Shown one piece after another: positions 37,580 through 47,860 of a DNA stretch of 64,000 nt; the first letter of the stretch is position 1; each line of letters opens with the position of its first letter. A program made the position numbers and the translations under genes. The notes beneath the pieces were generated by a model. That model was not told where the DNA came from and did no database searches. It was given only the letters and a program-made list of their open reading frames with translations. Location: positions 1 through 64,000 of IMG/VR virus record IMGVR_UViG_3300050120_000152; one strand, written 5' to 3'.

Positions 37580-38052
37580 TGCATTTAATAAGAGATTTAC
37601 GCGATGATGATATTGATGCTATGTATGATGGCATCTTAAGAGAATTTGAATTAAAAATAAAAAATTGGCGCACAGATGTTAAATTAGGCGGCAAAAATAT
37701 CAAGGTTGCCAACGTTCAGCAAGCATCTTTTTTGGCATATTATGATGAAATTCGAGTTGATTTGAAATCATTGTTAAATTATTATGAAATGAGAGTTAAG
37801 CAAGTTCGCGCCGAATCATTACAAGCTATTTACAAAAATTCAAAATATGATTATAGTTCGACAGAAAAAGATAAAATCATTGATACCGATCCAAAGTACA
37901 TAAAATACAAGCGCATATATTTGGAAGTTGATGAAATGTATAATATGCTTTCATCCATTTCAGAACAATTTAAAAACCGTGCATATACTATCAATAATCA
38001 AGTTAAAATTTTGGTTGCAAGCTTAGAAGATATTACATTAACCGATGACTAA
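37579..38052 (+). CDS. uvsY: Recombination mediator
   Basis: Helical protein between uvsX and uvsW; 'KDKIIDTDPKY', 'FKNRAYTINN'. Confidence 0.75.
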   Translation: MHLIRDLRDDDIDAMYDGILREFELKIKNWRTDVKLGGKNIKVANVQQASFLAYYDEIRVDLKSLLNYYEMRVKQVRAESLQAIYKNSKYDYSSTEKDKIIDTDPKYIKYKRIYLEVDEMYNMLSSISEQFKNRAYTINNQVKILVASLEDITLTDD

Positions 38053-39532
38053 TAAAACTGCTATAATAAAAATTCTTGACGAAGTAAATTGCGTTATTAT
38101 CGGATTAGATGATGCAGATAACATTTTCCTGAAAAAAAAATATTCACCATTAGCTGAAGGCTATTTTTTTAGTAAAAAATATAAGCTTGGTATATGGGAT
38201 GGCACAATATCATTTTATTCAAAAGGTGGTAAAACTTTTAATAATCTTATTCCTGAAATATATAAGTTTCTGAAAGACCGTCAATATAAAATTGAATTAA
38301 TAGATAATAGACTGTCTCACAAATTAACTGTACCATACATTGATAAGGATTATTTTAAAGATACTAATATTACTCTCGGTGATCATCAAGTTGATGCTGT
38401 AAATAAAATATTAGATAATAATGGTGGTATAATTTTAGCGGCCACCGGGTCAGGTAAAACTTTCATATGCTCAGCATTGGCTAAAAGTTATAATGATACT
38501 TATGGATATAAGGTTATTATCATAGTACCATCATCAGATTTGGTATTACAGGGTGTAGAAGACCTACAAAATCTTAATATAGATGTAGGTCAGTACGATG
38601 GCGATAAAATAGATTTAGATCATCCTATTATTATAAGTACATGGCAGAAAATCCAAAATAATCCACATATGGTTGGTGCATATAATATTATAATAGTAGA
38701 TGAAGCACACGGTACTCGTGGTGCAGTATTAAAAGATATTCTTAATAATTACGGTGCCCATGCATTGGTACGAATTGGAGTTACTGGAACTTTGCCAGAG
38801 TCTGAAGTAGACAAACTATCAGTTAAAATTACATTAGGTGATCCAGTCTATATTATTACAGCAAAACAATTGATAGATTCGGGATGGTTAGCCGAACTTG
38901 ATATTGATATATTAGAGTTAACCGAAGATAAGAAACCCGAATTTGCACAATGGAAAATAGAGTTTCCTGATGAAGCTGAGGGTGTCACCTATGCTAAATT
39001 CTTAGAAACACTATTTCCAGATTATGATTCAGAAAAAAAATATTTAAATAGTAATGAGTCTAGGTTATCATATATTTCTAATATAGTAGAAATAAACCGA
39101 TCAAAAAATAAAGGGAATAGTCTTATTTTAGTAAACTCTATTGCGGCAGGAAAAAAATTACAAACTATGTTGCCAGAATCACATTTTGTCCATGGTATGG
39201 ATAAAAAAGCATTCAGACGTGCGGTGTATCAATTATTTAAAGATAATGATGATGTAGTAGTTATAGCAACATCACAATTAGCATCAACCGGATTAAATAT
39301 TCCTAGAATATTTTATTTATATTTAATTGATATTGGTAAGAGCTATATTAGAGTTATTCAATCAATTGGTAGAGGATTACGTAAAGCTCATGATAAAAAT
39401 CATGTATTTGTGTTTGACATATCAAGTAATTTAAAGTATAGTAAGCAACATCAAGCTAAACGTATTGTGCATTACAAAAAAGCAGAATATCCTCACAAAA
39501 AAATAAAGATTGATTATAAGAAAACACATTAA
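38045..39532 (+). CDS. uvsW: SF2 DNA helicase
   Basis: WDG.I, ATGSGKT, DEAH, GVTGT, STGLNIP, QSIGRGLR. Confidence 0.92.
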   Translation: MTNKTAIIKILDEVNCVIIGLDDADNIFLKKKYSPLAEGYFFSKKYKLGIWDGTISFYSKGGKTFNNLIPEIYKFLKDRQYKIELIDNRLSHKLTVPYIDKDYFKDTNITLGDHQVDAVNKILDNNGGIILAATGSGKTFICSALAKSYNDTYGYKVIIIVPSSDLVLQGVEDLQNLNIDVGQYDGDKIDLDHPIIISTWQKIQNNPHMVGAYNIIIVDEAHGTRGAVLKDILNNYGAHALVRIGVTGTLPESEVDKLSVKITLGDPVYIITAKQLIDSGWLAELDIDILELTEDKKPEFAQWKIEFPDEAEGVTYAKFLETLFPDYDSEKKYLNSNESRLSYISNIVEINRSKNKGNSLILVNSIAAGKKLQTMLPESHFVHGMDKKAFRRAVYQLFKDNDDVVVIATSQLASTGLNIPRIFYLYLIDIGKSYIRVIQSIGRGLRKAHDKNHVFVFDISSNLKYSKQHQAKRIVHYKKAEYPHKKIKIDYKKTH

Positions 39533-39540
39533 GGATACCT

Positions 39541-40029
39541 ATGGTAATTTCGGACGAAAATTCATTTCCCATTCTAATTGACAATATTTCAACTCCGCTG
39601 AAAATGGATTATTTTTGGGTATTGGATTTGGAACGCAGGGATTTTTCTTTAACAAAAATTGAAGTATTAGAAGAACATCAAACACCATTATTAGTATTAA
39701 AAATATTAGATTATGCTATTGAAGTTCCGGCAAATTGGAATATATTAGTATACTCTAAAGACACATCTCAATTAGATATTATAGAAATATCTGAAGTATC
39801 GCGGGGCAATTTCACTGCTTTTGTATTTGATCACAAAAAAGATGTTAATATTCCGGGTTATATCAGAGTGGTTGATTATCAGCAAAAAGGTATTATTCAG
39901 ACACCAGCGCTAAACAAATATCAAATGCTATGTCATCATTTGGGGGCAAAGTATTGGGTATGCATTTCACCGATTGATAACTATAATAAGTATCTAAAGG
40001 ATGCCACCATTGGTGACATTTTACCATAA
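39541..40029 (+). CDS. Conserved jumbo-phage hypothetical protein
   Basis: 162-aa ORF with AGGA RBS. Confidence 0.7.
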   Translation: MVISDENSFPILIDNISTPLKMDYFWVLDLERRDFSLTKIEVLEEHQTPLLVLKILDYAIEVPANWNILVYSKDTSQLDIIEISEVSRGNFTAFVFDHKKDVNIPGYIRVVDYQQKGIIQTPALNKYQMLCHHLGAKYWVCISPIDNYNKYLKDATIGDILP

Positions 40030-40042
40030 CCAGAGAATTGTA

Positions 40043-40438
40043 ATGATAACTAAAACAAAAAAGAATAGTACCAAAAATGTCACACCTATGAGTGTGCAAG
40101 AATTTAAAATGTGGATTAAAGGATTATCAGATTTCCAAGATGATAGCTGGTCACCTAACAAACCTCAATGGGAACATATAAGATTATTAATTGACAGTCT
40201 TAGTGATACTGTAGTAGTGACAAATAGGCCGCAGTCCCAGCAACCTATTAGACAACCTGTAGCACCCATGGGGGAGACTGCTGTGTTAGCTGACAATTTA
40301 AGTCAGCCTATGACACAACCAGTCCAACAGCGATTTCTCGGAGGGCAATCCGATAAATCAAAATCCACCGGAGAGCATGACGAATTCGGCCACCCAGTCC
40401 TCAAATCAGCCTACAATACAGGATCAGATTTCGCTTAA
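40043..40438 (+). CDS. Hypothetical protein
   Basis: Start inferred at MITKTKK. Confidence 0.6.
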   Translation: MITKTKKNSTKNVTPMSVQEFKMWIKGLSDFQDDSWSPNKPQWEHIRLLIDSLSDTVVVTNRPQSQQPIRQPVAPMGETAVLADNLSQPMTQPVQQRFLGGQSDKSKSTGEHDEFGHPVLKSAYNTGSDFA

Positions 40439-40445
40439 TAAAATT

Positions 40446-41000
40446 ATGAAAAGCATCTTAAAAGATAGAGTATTATGGTATGATGGTGAAATTACCTTCA
40501 CCAGCGATCAATTATTAGATTTTATTGTTGGTGGTGGAGTTATAGAAGATAAAATTCATATAGCCGCATTAGATGAAGAAGTAATTAAATTTAAAAAATT
40601 ACACCCTTCAGTAAAATTGAATGTTAAGCGTGAGTTAGATCATGTAGACCAGACATGGAATATTCCCGATTCATATAAAGACATAAATATCAATAAGTAT
40701 GTACAAGCTAGATTCGTAGATTTGATCAATAAGAGAGAAGAAACGGGTAAAGATTTTTCTGAAAATGAGGTAATGGAACGCCTTAATCGTATAGAAACTG
40801 AATTAGAACTTTATAAAGAATATGATATGGATATTATCATAAAAGCAATAATATATATTATTGATGTATTTAAAAATAATGGGGTAGTTTGGGGTACGGG
40901 TCGAGGTAGTTCATGTAGTTCTTACATATTGTACTTAATAGGATTACATAGTGTTGACAGCGTAAAATATGAATTAGATTTAAACGAATTTTTTAAATAG
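40446..41000 (+). CDS. DNA polymerase III alpha-like fragment A (GRGS motif)
   Basis: RIETEL..Y...GVVWGTGRGSSCSSYILYLIGLHSVDSVKY.L..EF aligns with DnaE 'GPGRGSGAGSLVAY..IT..DP..LLFERF'. Confidence 0.8.
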   Translation: MKSILKDRVLWYDGEITFTSDQLLDFIVGGGVIEDKIHIAALDEEVIKFKKLHPSVKLNVKRELDHVDQTWNIPDSYKDININKYVQARFVDLINKREETGKDFSENEVMERLNRIETELELYKEYDMDIIIKAIIYIIDVFKNNGVVWGTGRGSSCSSYILYLIGLHSVDSVKYELDLNEFFK

Positions 41001-41008
41001 GTAAAAAT

Positions 41009-41359
41009 ATGACAAAACGTAAAAGTATGCGCGGCAAAGATGTTGACGTTGGATTGATTCGCATGAAACAACAGTTAATGGATGGTAAGAAAACAGAGCC
41101 AAACATTAAACGGGAGGATTATGTGAGTGATCGTAGACGTAGATCATCATCTAAGAGAATTGATGAAATGTTTGCCAATGAACAAATCGTAAGACAAAAA
41201 TTAGTTGATCAAAAAAAGGTTGAAGGTCAGTCGCATGAAATTGTTACTGAAGTTATTGGTGTAACCGAAGCCGCTATTCTCGCAGAAATGGTTCCTGACG
41301 AAACATCTGAAAATGCTGCCAGCCCCAAAGGGCGTACCATCCATAAAAAACAGGGATAA
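41009..41359 (+). CDS. Hypothetical basic protein
   Basis: Coupled ORF. Confidence 0.65.
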   Translation: MTKRKSMRGKDVDVGLIRMKQQLMDGKKTEPNIKREDYVSDRRRRSSSKRIDEMFANEQIVRQKLVDQKKVEGQSHEIVTEVIGVTEAAILAEMVPDETSENAASPKGRTIHKKQG

Positions 41360-41361
41360 TT

Positions 41362-41697
41362 ATGATTGAAGTTTTTGACGAAATAACGAACTACAAGCCA
41401 TTACGTAAAGGTATAATTTTTCATTTCTTACAAGACGTAGAAAGTGGTACATTTAGTAATAAGACTGAATGGAATTTTCAAGTAAGAAACCGTAATGAAG
41501 ATATAAAAACACCACGTTGGGCTATTGTTGAACGTGTAGGTTCGGATGTACCGGCTCATGTCACAGAAGGTTCTTTTATTCTTATAGAGCAATTGATGTG
41601 GACAGAGGCATTCAAAGTTAATGAAGTGAAAAAGTGGTCAACCAATTTTGATAAGGTGTTGGCTACATCCACCTTGGAACCGACAGGATTATTTTAA
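41362..41697 (+). CDS. groES: Co-chaperonin GroES-like
   Basis: KPLRKGII...PRWAIVERVGSDV..V.EG..IL. Confidence 0.6.
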   Translation: MIEVFDEITNYKPLRKGIIFHFLQDVESGTFSNKTEWNFQVRNRNEDIKTPRWAIVERVGSDVPAHVTEGSFILIEQLMWTEAFKVNEVKKWSTNFDKVLATSTLEPTGLF

Positions 41698-41700
41698 TAA

Positions 41701-41731
41701 AATGATGCACATAATGTGCATCATTTATTTT
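41701..41731 (+). terminator. Hairpin/terminator
   Basis: AATGATGCAC-ATAAT-GTGCATCATT followed by T-rich tail. Confidence 0.65.
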
Positions 41732-41815
41732 TGCTAATTCAAATAATACACAAAATATATTGACCAAGCTGCCTTTTAATGCCATAATAGACTATCTAAG
41801 ATAGGATAGTTATAC

Positions 41816-42748
41816 ATGGCAAAGCAACCTTGGGATATGAAATATTTACCATCTACCGTTGATGAGTATATTTTTCAAAATGCAGCACAGAAAGAAACAA
41901 TTATTAAAATTTTAGAAGATAAGACATTCCAGCCTCTTATCCTTTCTGGTCATCGTGGTACCGGAAAAACTAGTTTAGCATACTTAATAAAAAGTGAATA
42001 TGGCATTGAAGACAGTGATTGGTTAAAAATCAATGGTGCTGATGAAAATGATATTGGAACCGTTCGTGTAAAGGTTAAAAGTTTCGTTAGCTCTATGGCA
42101 ATGTCATTTGATTTTAAAATAGTATTCATAGATGAAGCAGACCGCCTATCAGCCAGTGCACAAGATGCTCTTAAAGGTATCATGGAAGAATATAAAGAAA
42201 ATGCTCGCTTTATCTTTACCACCAATAAGCCTCATAAGATCATCCCAGAATTAAAATCACGGTGCTTTGAAATTGAATTTCCCAGTTTGGATCGTGAGGA
42301 AATGACTTTTAAATTTGCTACTATACTACAAAAAGAGAAAATCAACGTAACCGATTTAGAAATTTTAGATGAATATGTTAATAATTGTTATCCTGATTTT
42401 AGAAAATTATTAATTACAGCAGAACAATCTGTGCGTAAAGGCACATTACCACCAATGTCAAATGTTGTATCAGATACAACAGAATTCATGGTTACTGCTA
42501 TCGAATTCATTGAAAGTGATAATTGGGAAGCTGCTAGAACGTATTTGGCTGCTAATGTGCCAGATGATCGTTGGGATGAATGCTATAGATTTTTATATGA
42601 TTACTTACATGAACTCGGTAAATTTAAAGATACCAAGAAATGGAAATCCGGTATTGTTATTATTGCCGATCATTTATATCGTCATGGATTCGTTGCCGAT
42701 GCCGAAATGAATTTTGCAGCTTGTTTAATTAGATTATCAGAAGTTTAA
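41816..42748 (+). CDS. gp44: Sliding-clamp loader AAA+ subunit (T4 gp44/RFC-like)
   Basis: W..KY.P, GHRGTGKT, IDEAD, FIFTTN, SRC, YPDFRK. Confidence 0.92.
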   Translation: MAKQPWDMKYLPSTVDEYIFQNAAQKETIIKILEDKTFQPLILSGHRGTGKTSLAYLIKSEYGIEDSDWLKINGADENDIGTVRVKVKSFVSSMAMSFDFKIVFIDEADRLSASAQDALKGIMEEYKENARFIFTTNKPHKIIPELKSRCFEIEFPSLDREEMTFKFATILQKEKINVTDLEILDEYVNNCYPDFRKLLITAEQSVRKGTLPPMSNVVSDTTEFMVTAIEFIESDNWEAARTYLAANVPDDRWDECYRFLYDYLHELGKFKDTKKWKSGIVIIADHLYRHGFVADAEMNFAACLIRLSEV

Positions 42749-42757
42749 GGAATAGAT

Positions 42758-43075
42758 ATGCATTTTACCGAAGAAAAAATTGCCAGCGATATTCATAAAA
42801 TATCAACTAACCGCGATAAAAATGAACGATTATCATGGAAAAGAAAAAAAGATAAAATAGAAACTCTGGTGAAAGAGTTAGAACCTATTGAAGATGAAAT
42901 ATTAAAACTTATTGAAGATAAAAAAGCTCCGATTCTTAATCAAATTATTGCATTACGTGGTGAAATGATTAAAGAATGTGTACATCCCAAAGATATGTTA
43001 GTGCATTATGGTAATTACGTAATGTGTAAATTTTGCGAAGCTAAACTTACCGTATCGAGTAATAGAACGCTATGA
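42758..43075 (+). CDS. Hypothetical protein with CxH..CxxC
   Basis: AGGA RBS; coiled coil plus Zn-binding motif. Confidence 0.65.
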   Translation: MHFTEEKIASDIHKISTNRDKNERLSWKRKKDKIETLVKELEPIEDEILKLIEDKKAPILNQIIALRGEMIKECVHPKDMLVHYGNYVMCKFCEAKLTVSSNRTL

Positions 43076-43527
43076 CTGAGAGAAAATTTGATATATTTGA
43101 ACTTATAGATAAAATTGGTAAGGCTGATATTAAGTATTTTGATAATTTACAAGATCACGAAATTAAACAAATATATCCATTAGTTCTTATGAAATGGTTG
43201 GGTGGTACGAAAAATGCTACTCAATTGAAATTGATTAATGAAATTGCCAATAGTACCGTATTTCCATTATATAAGCATCCAAAGTTAATGTATAAAATAC
43301 TCATGGCAACTACGGTATCCAAAGGTAGAGTATCATGGATAAAGAAAAAATCTAAAGAAAAAGATACTGAAATATTAAAAATAATAAAAGAATATTATGA
43401 ATGCTCTACCGAACGTGCAGTATCTTATTTGAAATTATTGTCTAATGAAGATATCATTGACTGTGCTGAATTGTTAGGTACTGAAAAAGAAACAATGACT
43501 AAATTGAAGAAAGAACTTAATGGATAA
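43072..43527 (+). CDS. gp62: Clamp loader small subunit (T4 gp62-like)
   Basis: 'FDIFELID..YFD..YPLVLMKWL..WIKK..IIKEYYECS.E.A..YL.LL'; position after gp44. Confidence 0.7.
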   Translation: MTERKFDIFELIDKIGKADIKYFDNLQDHEIKQIYPLVLMKWLGGTKNATQLKLINEIANSTVFPLYKHPKLMYKILMATTVSKGRVSWIKKKSKEKDTEILKIIKEYYECSTERAVSYLKLLSNEDIIDCAELLGTEKETMTKLKKELNG

Positions 43528-44197
43528 AAAATTAACATGTGATTTTTGTGACAAGCAATTTGTCAGAGAAGTTAATTTTCTCAAACATAAGTGTGAGAAA
43601 ATGAAACGATATGAATTGTTCAAAAAGCCAATAGGCCATTTGGCATATCTTACATTTAATCAATGGCGAAAAATTTGTGGATATCCATCAGTAACGGTTG
43701 ATACATTTACATCATCGAAATATTTTAATTCATTTGTAAAGTTTGCCGAATTCTCACACACGATGGCTATTCCAGATAAAATAGGTTATATCGAATTAAT
43801 GGTAAAAAAGACATTAATGCCATTTGATTGGTGTGATAATGATGTTTATGATTATTACATTACTAATTTTGATAAAGAATACAGCATTGATGAAAAAGTT
43901 GATTTATCCATAGAAACGATTGTAGATATTTCCGAGAAACAAGGTTGTGAGGTTTCCGAAGTATTCAAGCATGTTACTCCCATACAAGTTATAAAATACA
44001 TTACATCTCGAAAATTATCTCCATGGTTGTTATTACCGAGCAAAAAATTTATGGATTTTATGACATTTGATACAACACCCGAAGAACGTTTGTTATTTGG
44101 GTCATTTATTAATGTTGCAGAATGGAAAAAGTATTTTATAGCTAATCCAGACAAAGTTACAGAAATAAAAAATATCAATCGACAATTAGGAATCTGA
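43520..44197 (+). CDS. Zinc-finger (CxxC..HxC) hypothetical protein
   Basis: CDFCDKQF.RE..FLKHKC. Confidence 0.7.
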   Translation: MDKKLTCDFCDKQFVREVNFLKHKCEKMKRYELFKKPIGHLAYLTFNQWRKICGYPSVTVDTFTSSKYFNSFVKFAEFSHTMAIPDKIGYIELMVKKTLMPFDWCDNDVYDYYITNFDKEYSIDEKVDLSIETIVDISEKQGCEVSEVFKHVTPIQVIKYITSRKLSPWLLLPSKKFMDFMTFDTTPEERLLFGSFINVAEWKKYFIANPDKVTEIKNINRQLGI

Positions 44198-44198
44198 G

Positions 44199-44206
44199 TA
44201 TAAATA
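44199..44206 (+). promoter_or_regulatory. Late promoter for the virion-protein cluster
   Basis: TATAAATA 30 nt upstream of ATG 44236; another at 47743-47750. Confidence 0.75.
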
Positions 44207-44235
44207 CTGGATAAACCAGATATCTTGAGGCTTGG

Positions 44236-46077
44236 ATGGCAAACAATTGTGCAGATGGCGTATATAATATTGATTATACGGACAACACTCTAAATCCTAT
44301 TGTAGTGAATAAACAAACATTGATTCAAAATGTGTTGGATATTACATTATTGGGTCAAGGCAGAAAAGAATATGGTGAAATATTTGATGAAAATATTTTA
44401 CATTTATTAGAAAATTTTTCATGTCCTGAAGACCCTATAAATCTCGGAAACCCCAATCTCACAAAAACTACATCTAATCTATTAGAGCATCCCACTAAAG
44501 GGCAGCTTTGGTATAACTCTACCACACTTAGATTATATGTATATAACGGTAGCAGCTGGTTTGCATTATCTACTTCCTCGGATATTGGAGGTAACAGCGG
44601 AATTATTGCTGACGGAATGCAATTACCTCGGCCAATATCACCAATAACTGGATATGAATTTCAATATTCTGAATGTAGTTGGATCGTTAGCCCATTCAAC
44701 TTTCCATCAGAAGTTGATTACATGGTATGTTATTCTGATACAACCTCATTAACTACATCACAATATCGATTATCATCATCTTCTAGTATAATCAGTGGAT
44801 ATGCATTTTATCAGATTATAGGTATAAAATATAATAATAATACTGGGAGTGATGTGCCTATTGTGCCACCACTGCCATCATCTACACCAAGAATGTCTTC
44901 TACACCAGCACCATCAGTATCACCTACCCCAACACCGATTGTTGGATCATCGGTAACGCCTACACCATCAATAACACCATCGTCTACTGTACCAGTTACA
45001 CCCACGACAACACCTACACCTACACTTAGCCCTACATCCACTCCAGCACCTTCTGCAACGCCTGCAACAAGCGTCCCTATCCTAAGAGGCACCCTATTCA
45101 TATCTCCTTCATTAGGATATCCGCAAGGCACTAATACAGCATTACCGTCCCCATGTTCAACGAACGCTACTACAGATGTTAATTGTCAATATACCATGTC
45201 TTTAATTGTTCAAGGATTATCAGGTGGAAGTCCTCCCTATTCAGTTGATTATTCGCATGTTAATTTCTCAGCATCTATTATCAATACATCAACATCAACA
45301 ACTGTACCATTCGCTTATTATTATGCTTATACAGGGGCATCTGGCGTAACTACATCGCCATTGAGAACAGGCGTAACATCAGCTAGTACATTGACAATGT
45401 CTGCACAATTTAATGAAGTCGGTGCACAAAATCAGGTTGGATGCGGTAATGGTAGCTGGTCGCAAGGAATAGTTGGTGGTAGTTATGTAACGATAACAGA
45501 TTCGGTTGGAAGAACTTTAAATTTGTACACTCCATCAGGTCTGAACGGTAACGTTTACGGAACATCTTATACTACACCACAATCAGCCTATATTGATAAT
45601 TATTTATCGGCCCCAGCATGTGGCGGTGGTGGCGGTGGTGGTGGCGGCTGCGTATCTATTAATTCGGTATTTCCTAACGGAAATATAGCAGAAACTGTAG
45701 AGTTAGATCATATGTTGGCTACATGCGATCCATATGATTTCTTTAATTGTGGCGATAACGCGGTCACATATGCCGCAACTAGATTACAACCTTGCGTGAG
45801 ACTTGTAACAGAATCTGGCGCATCATTAATATGCTCTACAACTGCTCCTATTCCAACATTAGAAAATGGATATATGTTAGCACCTACTTTGGCTAATCAA
45901 AGTGTTCCGGTAATGCGTACAAATATAACCAAGTGGGAAAATGTTGTATCCATTGAAGATGTTGGCGAATGTTTAGTGCGTCATATTACGGTAGGCGATA
46001 GATGCTTTTGGGCTGGTGAGACAACTGATGCCTTTATATTACATCATAACTTAAAAAAACCACCAAGCGACTTATAA
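44236..46077 (+). CDS. Virion (baseplate/fibre-type) protein: shared N-domain + Pro/Thr linker + beta domain + Gly9 + C-terminal Hint domain (45649-46050)
   Basis: YG....EN.LH.LENF..P..GQLWYN N-domain; GGG|CVSINS...FILHHN|LKKPPSDL. Confidence 0.8.
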   Translation: MANNCADGVYNIDYTDNTLNPIVVNKQTLIQNVLDITLLGQGRKEYGEIFDENILHLLENFSCPEDPINLGNPNLTKTTSNLLEHPTKGQLWYNSTTLRLYVYNGSSWFALSTSSDIGGNSGIIADGMQLPRPISPITGYEFQYSECSWIVSPFNFPSEVDYMVCYSDTTSLTTSQYRLSSSSSIISGYAFYQIIGIKYNNNTGSDVPIVPPLPSSTPRMSSTPAPSVSPTPTPIVGSSVTPTPSITPSSTVPVTPTTTPTPTLSPTSTPAPSATPATSVPILRGTLFISPSLGYPQGTNTALPSPCSTNATTDVNCQYTMSLIVQGLSGGSPPYSVDYSHVNFSASIINTSTSTTVPFAYYYAYTGASGVTTSPLRTGVTSASTLTMSAQFNEVGAQNQVGCGNGSWSQGIVGGSYVTITDSVGRTLNLYTPSGLNGNVYGTSYTTPQSAYIDNYLSAPACGGGGGGGGGCVSINSVFPNGNIAETVELDHMLATCDPYDFFNCGDNAVTYAATRLQPCVRLVTESGASLICSTTAPIPTLENGYMLAPTLANQSVPVMRTNITKWENVVSIEDVGECLVRHITVGDRCFWAGETTDAFILHHNLKKPPSDL

Positions 46078-46112
46078 TATTATAACTAATCCAAACTGGA
46101 ATCGAATACAAA

Positions 46113-47474
46113 ATGACTGACTATAGTGTAAAATATACTGACAAAACAAAACCGCCAATAACTATTCCAGAAGGAGTAGTTGATTCTTCATTGGATATCG
46201 TATTGTTTGGTAGAGTAGATTTGGAATACGGCCAACAATTAAACCAAGATATGCTTAATATTTTGGAACGATTTGCCTGCCCTCAAAATGCAGCATCTAC
46301 ACTAAGCAACACCTATCCAGACTATACCATTAATGGGAATGCTTTAACCCAGCCTACTCAAGGTCAATTATGGTTCAATTCTACCACACAAAAGTTGTTT
46401 GTATGGAATGGCACAAAATGGGAAACCATCAGAAACAAAGGAGATGTGGCGGGCAATTGGGGGCAATTATTAGATGGCAGTCAAATTCCCAGACCCGTAA
46501 ATCCTGTCAATGGATATGTTTATCCTTATAGCCAATGTATTTGGGCGGTTTCCCCAGCAGCATTACCCCAAGCGTTTACTTACATGGAATGCACTACTGA
46601 TACAAATGCAGTGGTAAGTATGAAATATAGAGCTTATGGCGATAGTGTACTTTCTTCAGGTATTGCAAACTATTTGATTATTGCTATTGCTGGCAATATT
46701 AATATGGGAACGATTTCAGTAACACCAGAAATACCATCAGTTTCAGGTACACCAACCCCAACCCCACCAACCTCTGTAACGCCATTAGTATCAATAACTC
46801 CTTCCCCTACACCAACCAGCACACCGGGAACATCTGCAGTACCATCACCAACCCCAGCAGCTTCTACGAGTAGTACCCCAGCAGCATCATTAACTGCTAC
46901 CCCAACCCCAACACTTACCCCAGCATCAACATTAACTCCAACTCCATCACCATTCGTGGATGCCTGTTCAAGATGTATCGCTGATGGGTTCCATTGTTGC
47001 GTTGCTGTAAACTCATTTTTGCCAGACGGAAGCATTGCTGGACATGTTCAAGTGGGAACTTCAATGTCTCTTGCTGACCCGGTGACCTTAGAACCATCTA
47101 CTGGAATAGTATCATATTCTGAACCAAGTTTACAAGAAAGTGTTAGGGTAGTTACCCAATCGGGAGCATCACTAAATTGTTCACTTACAGCACCATTACC
47201 GACTACAGAAGGATTATTATTAGCTCCTGATGTATTAGGTAAATTTGTAGCTATTATGATGAACGATATTGCATCTTGGGATGAAGTAATTTCAGTAGAA
47301 CCTATAGGCAAGATATGGGTACAACATATAACAGTTGGTGACAATTGTTTTTGGGCTGGCGACAGCTCTAATGCATTTATATTACATCATAATATCAAAT
47401 GCTGCTATTGCGATGGTCAAACTGACTGTTCTTGGGTTCCACCTAACTGTTGTGATGGAACGGATTGCTCGTAA
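46113..47474 (+). CDS. Paralogous virion protein with Hint domain (46998-47393) and Cys-rich 26-aa tail
   Basis: Same N-domain and PT linker; FHC|CVAVNS...FILHHN|IKCCYC...CCDGTDCS. Confidence 0.8.
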   Translation: MTDYSVKYTDKTKPPITIPEGVVDSSLDIVLFGRVDLEYGQQLNQDMLNILERFACPQNAASTLSNTYPDYTINGNALTQPTQGQLWFNSTTQKLFVWNGTKWETIRNKGDVAGNWGQLLDGSQIPRPVNPVNGYVYPYSQCIWAVSPAALPQAFTYMECTTDTNAVVSMKYRAYGDSVLSSGIANYLIIAIAGNINMGTISVTPEIPSVSGTPTPTPPTSVTPLVSITPSPTPTSTPGTSAVPSPTPAASTSSTPAASLTATPTPTLTPASTLTPTPSPFVDACSRCIADGFHCCVAVNSFLPDGSIAGHVQVGTSMSLADPVTLEPSTGIVSYSEPSLQESVRVVTQSGASLNCSLTAPLPTTEGLLLAPDVLGKFVAIMMNDIASWDEVISVEPIGKIWVQHITVGDNCFWAGDSSNAFILHHNIKCCYCDGQTDCSWVPPNCCDGTDCS

Positions 47475-47479
47475 TAATT

Positions 47480-47671
47480 ATGAAATCTATAAATAAAAAA
47501 AATCCCAAACCTAAAAAGCTTACTTCATTGAATAAGCCAATTCAACGTAAAATACGTGATGTTATATTATGTGAAAGTTGTGAAATACAATGCGCTGGTC
47601 ATGGCGGCGGTACATATACCTATGATGGTAGATGTTTATGTAATGATGGTAGTTTATTGGAATGTATATGA
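47480..47671 (+). CDS. Small basic Cys-rich protein
   Basis: MKSINKK...CESCEIQC...CLC...ECI. Confidence 0.5.
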   Translation: MKSINKKNPKPKKLTSLNKPIQRKIRDVILCESCEIQCAGHGGGTYTYDGRCLCNDGSLLECI

Positions 47672-47686
47672 TATCGGAGAATAGTT

Positions 47687-47860
47687 ATGTTTCTTATTGT
47701 AAAACAAGATGATAGTGTAATCATAGGAAGTGCCATAAAACCTATAAATATTGGTGAGGCATCCAAAAATGGATACATCATCTGTGAAATACCTGATAAA
47801 GAATTTGACCCTAAAATGATAGGATCAAAAATAGAAGATTTTGACTACTGGAATGATTAA
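47687..47860 (+). CDS. 57-aa protein MFLIVKQDDS...DFDYWND (absent from the ORF track)
   Basis: GGAG RBS; TAATG coupling to gene 47860. Confidence 0.7.
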   Translation: MFLIVKQDDSVIIGSAIKPINIGEASKNGYIICEIPDKEFDPKMIGSKIEDFDYWND

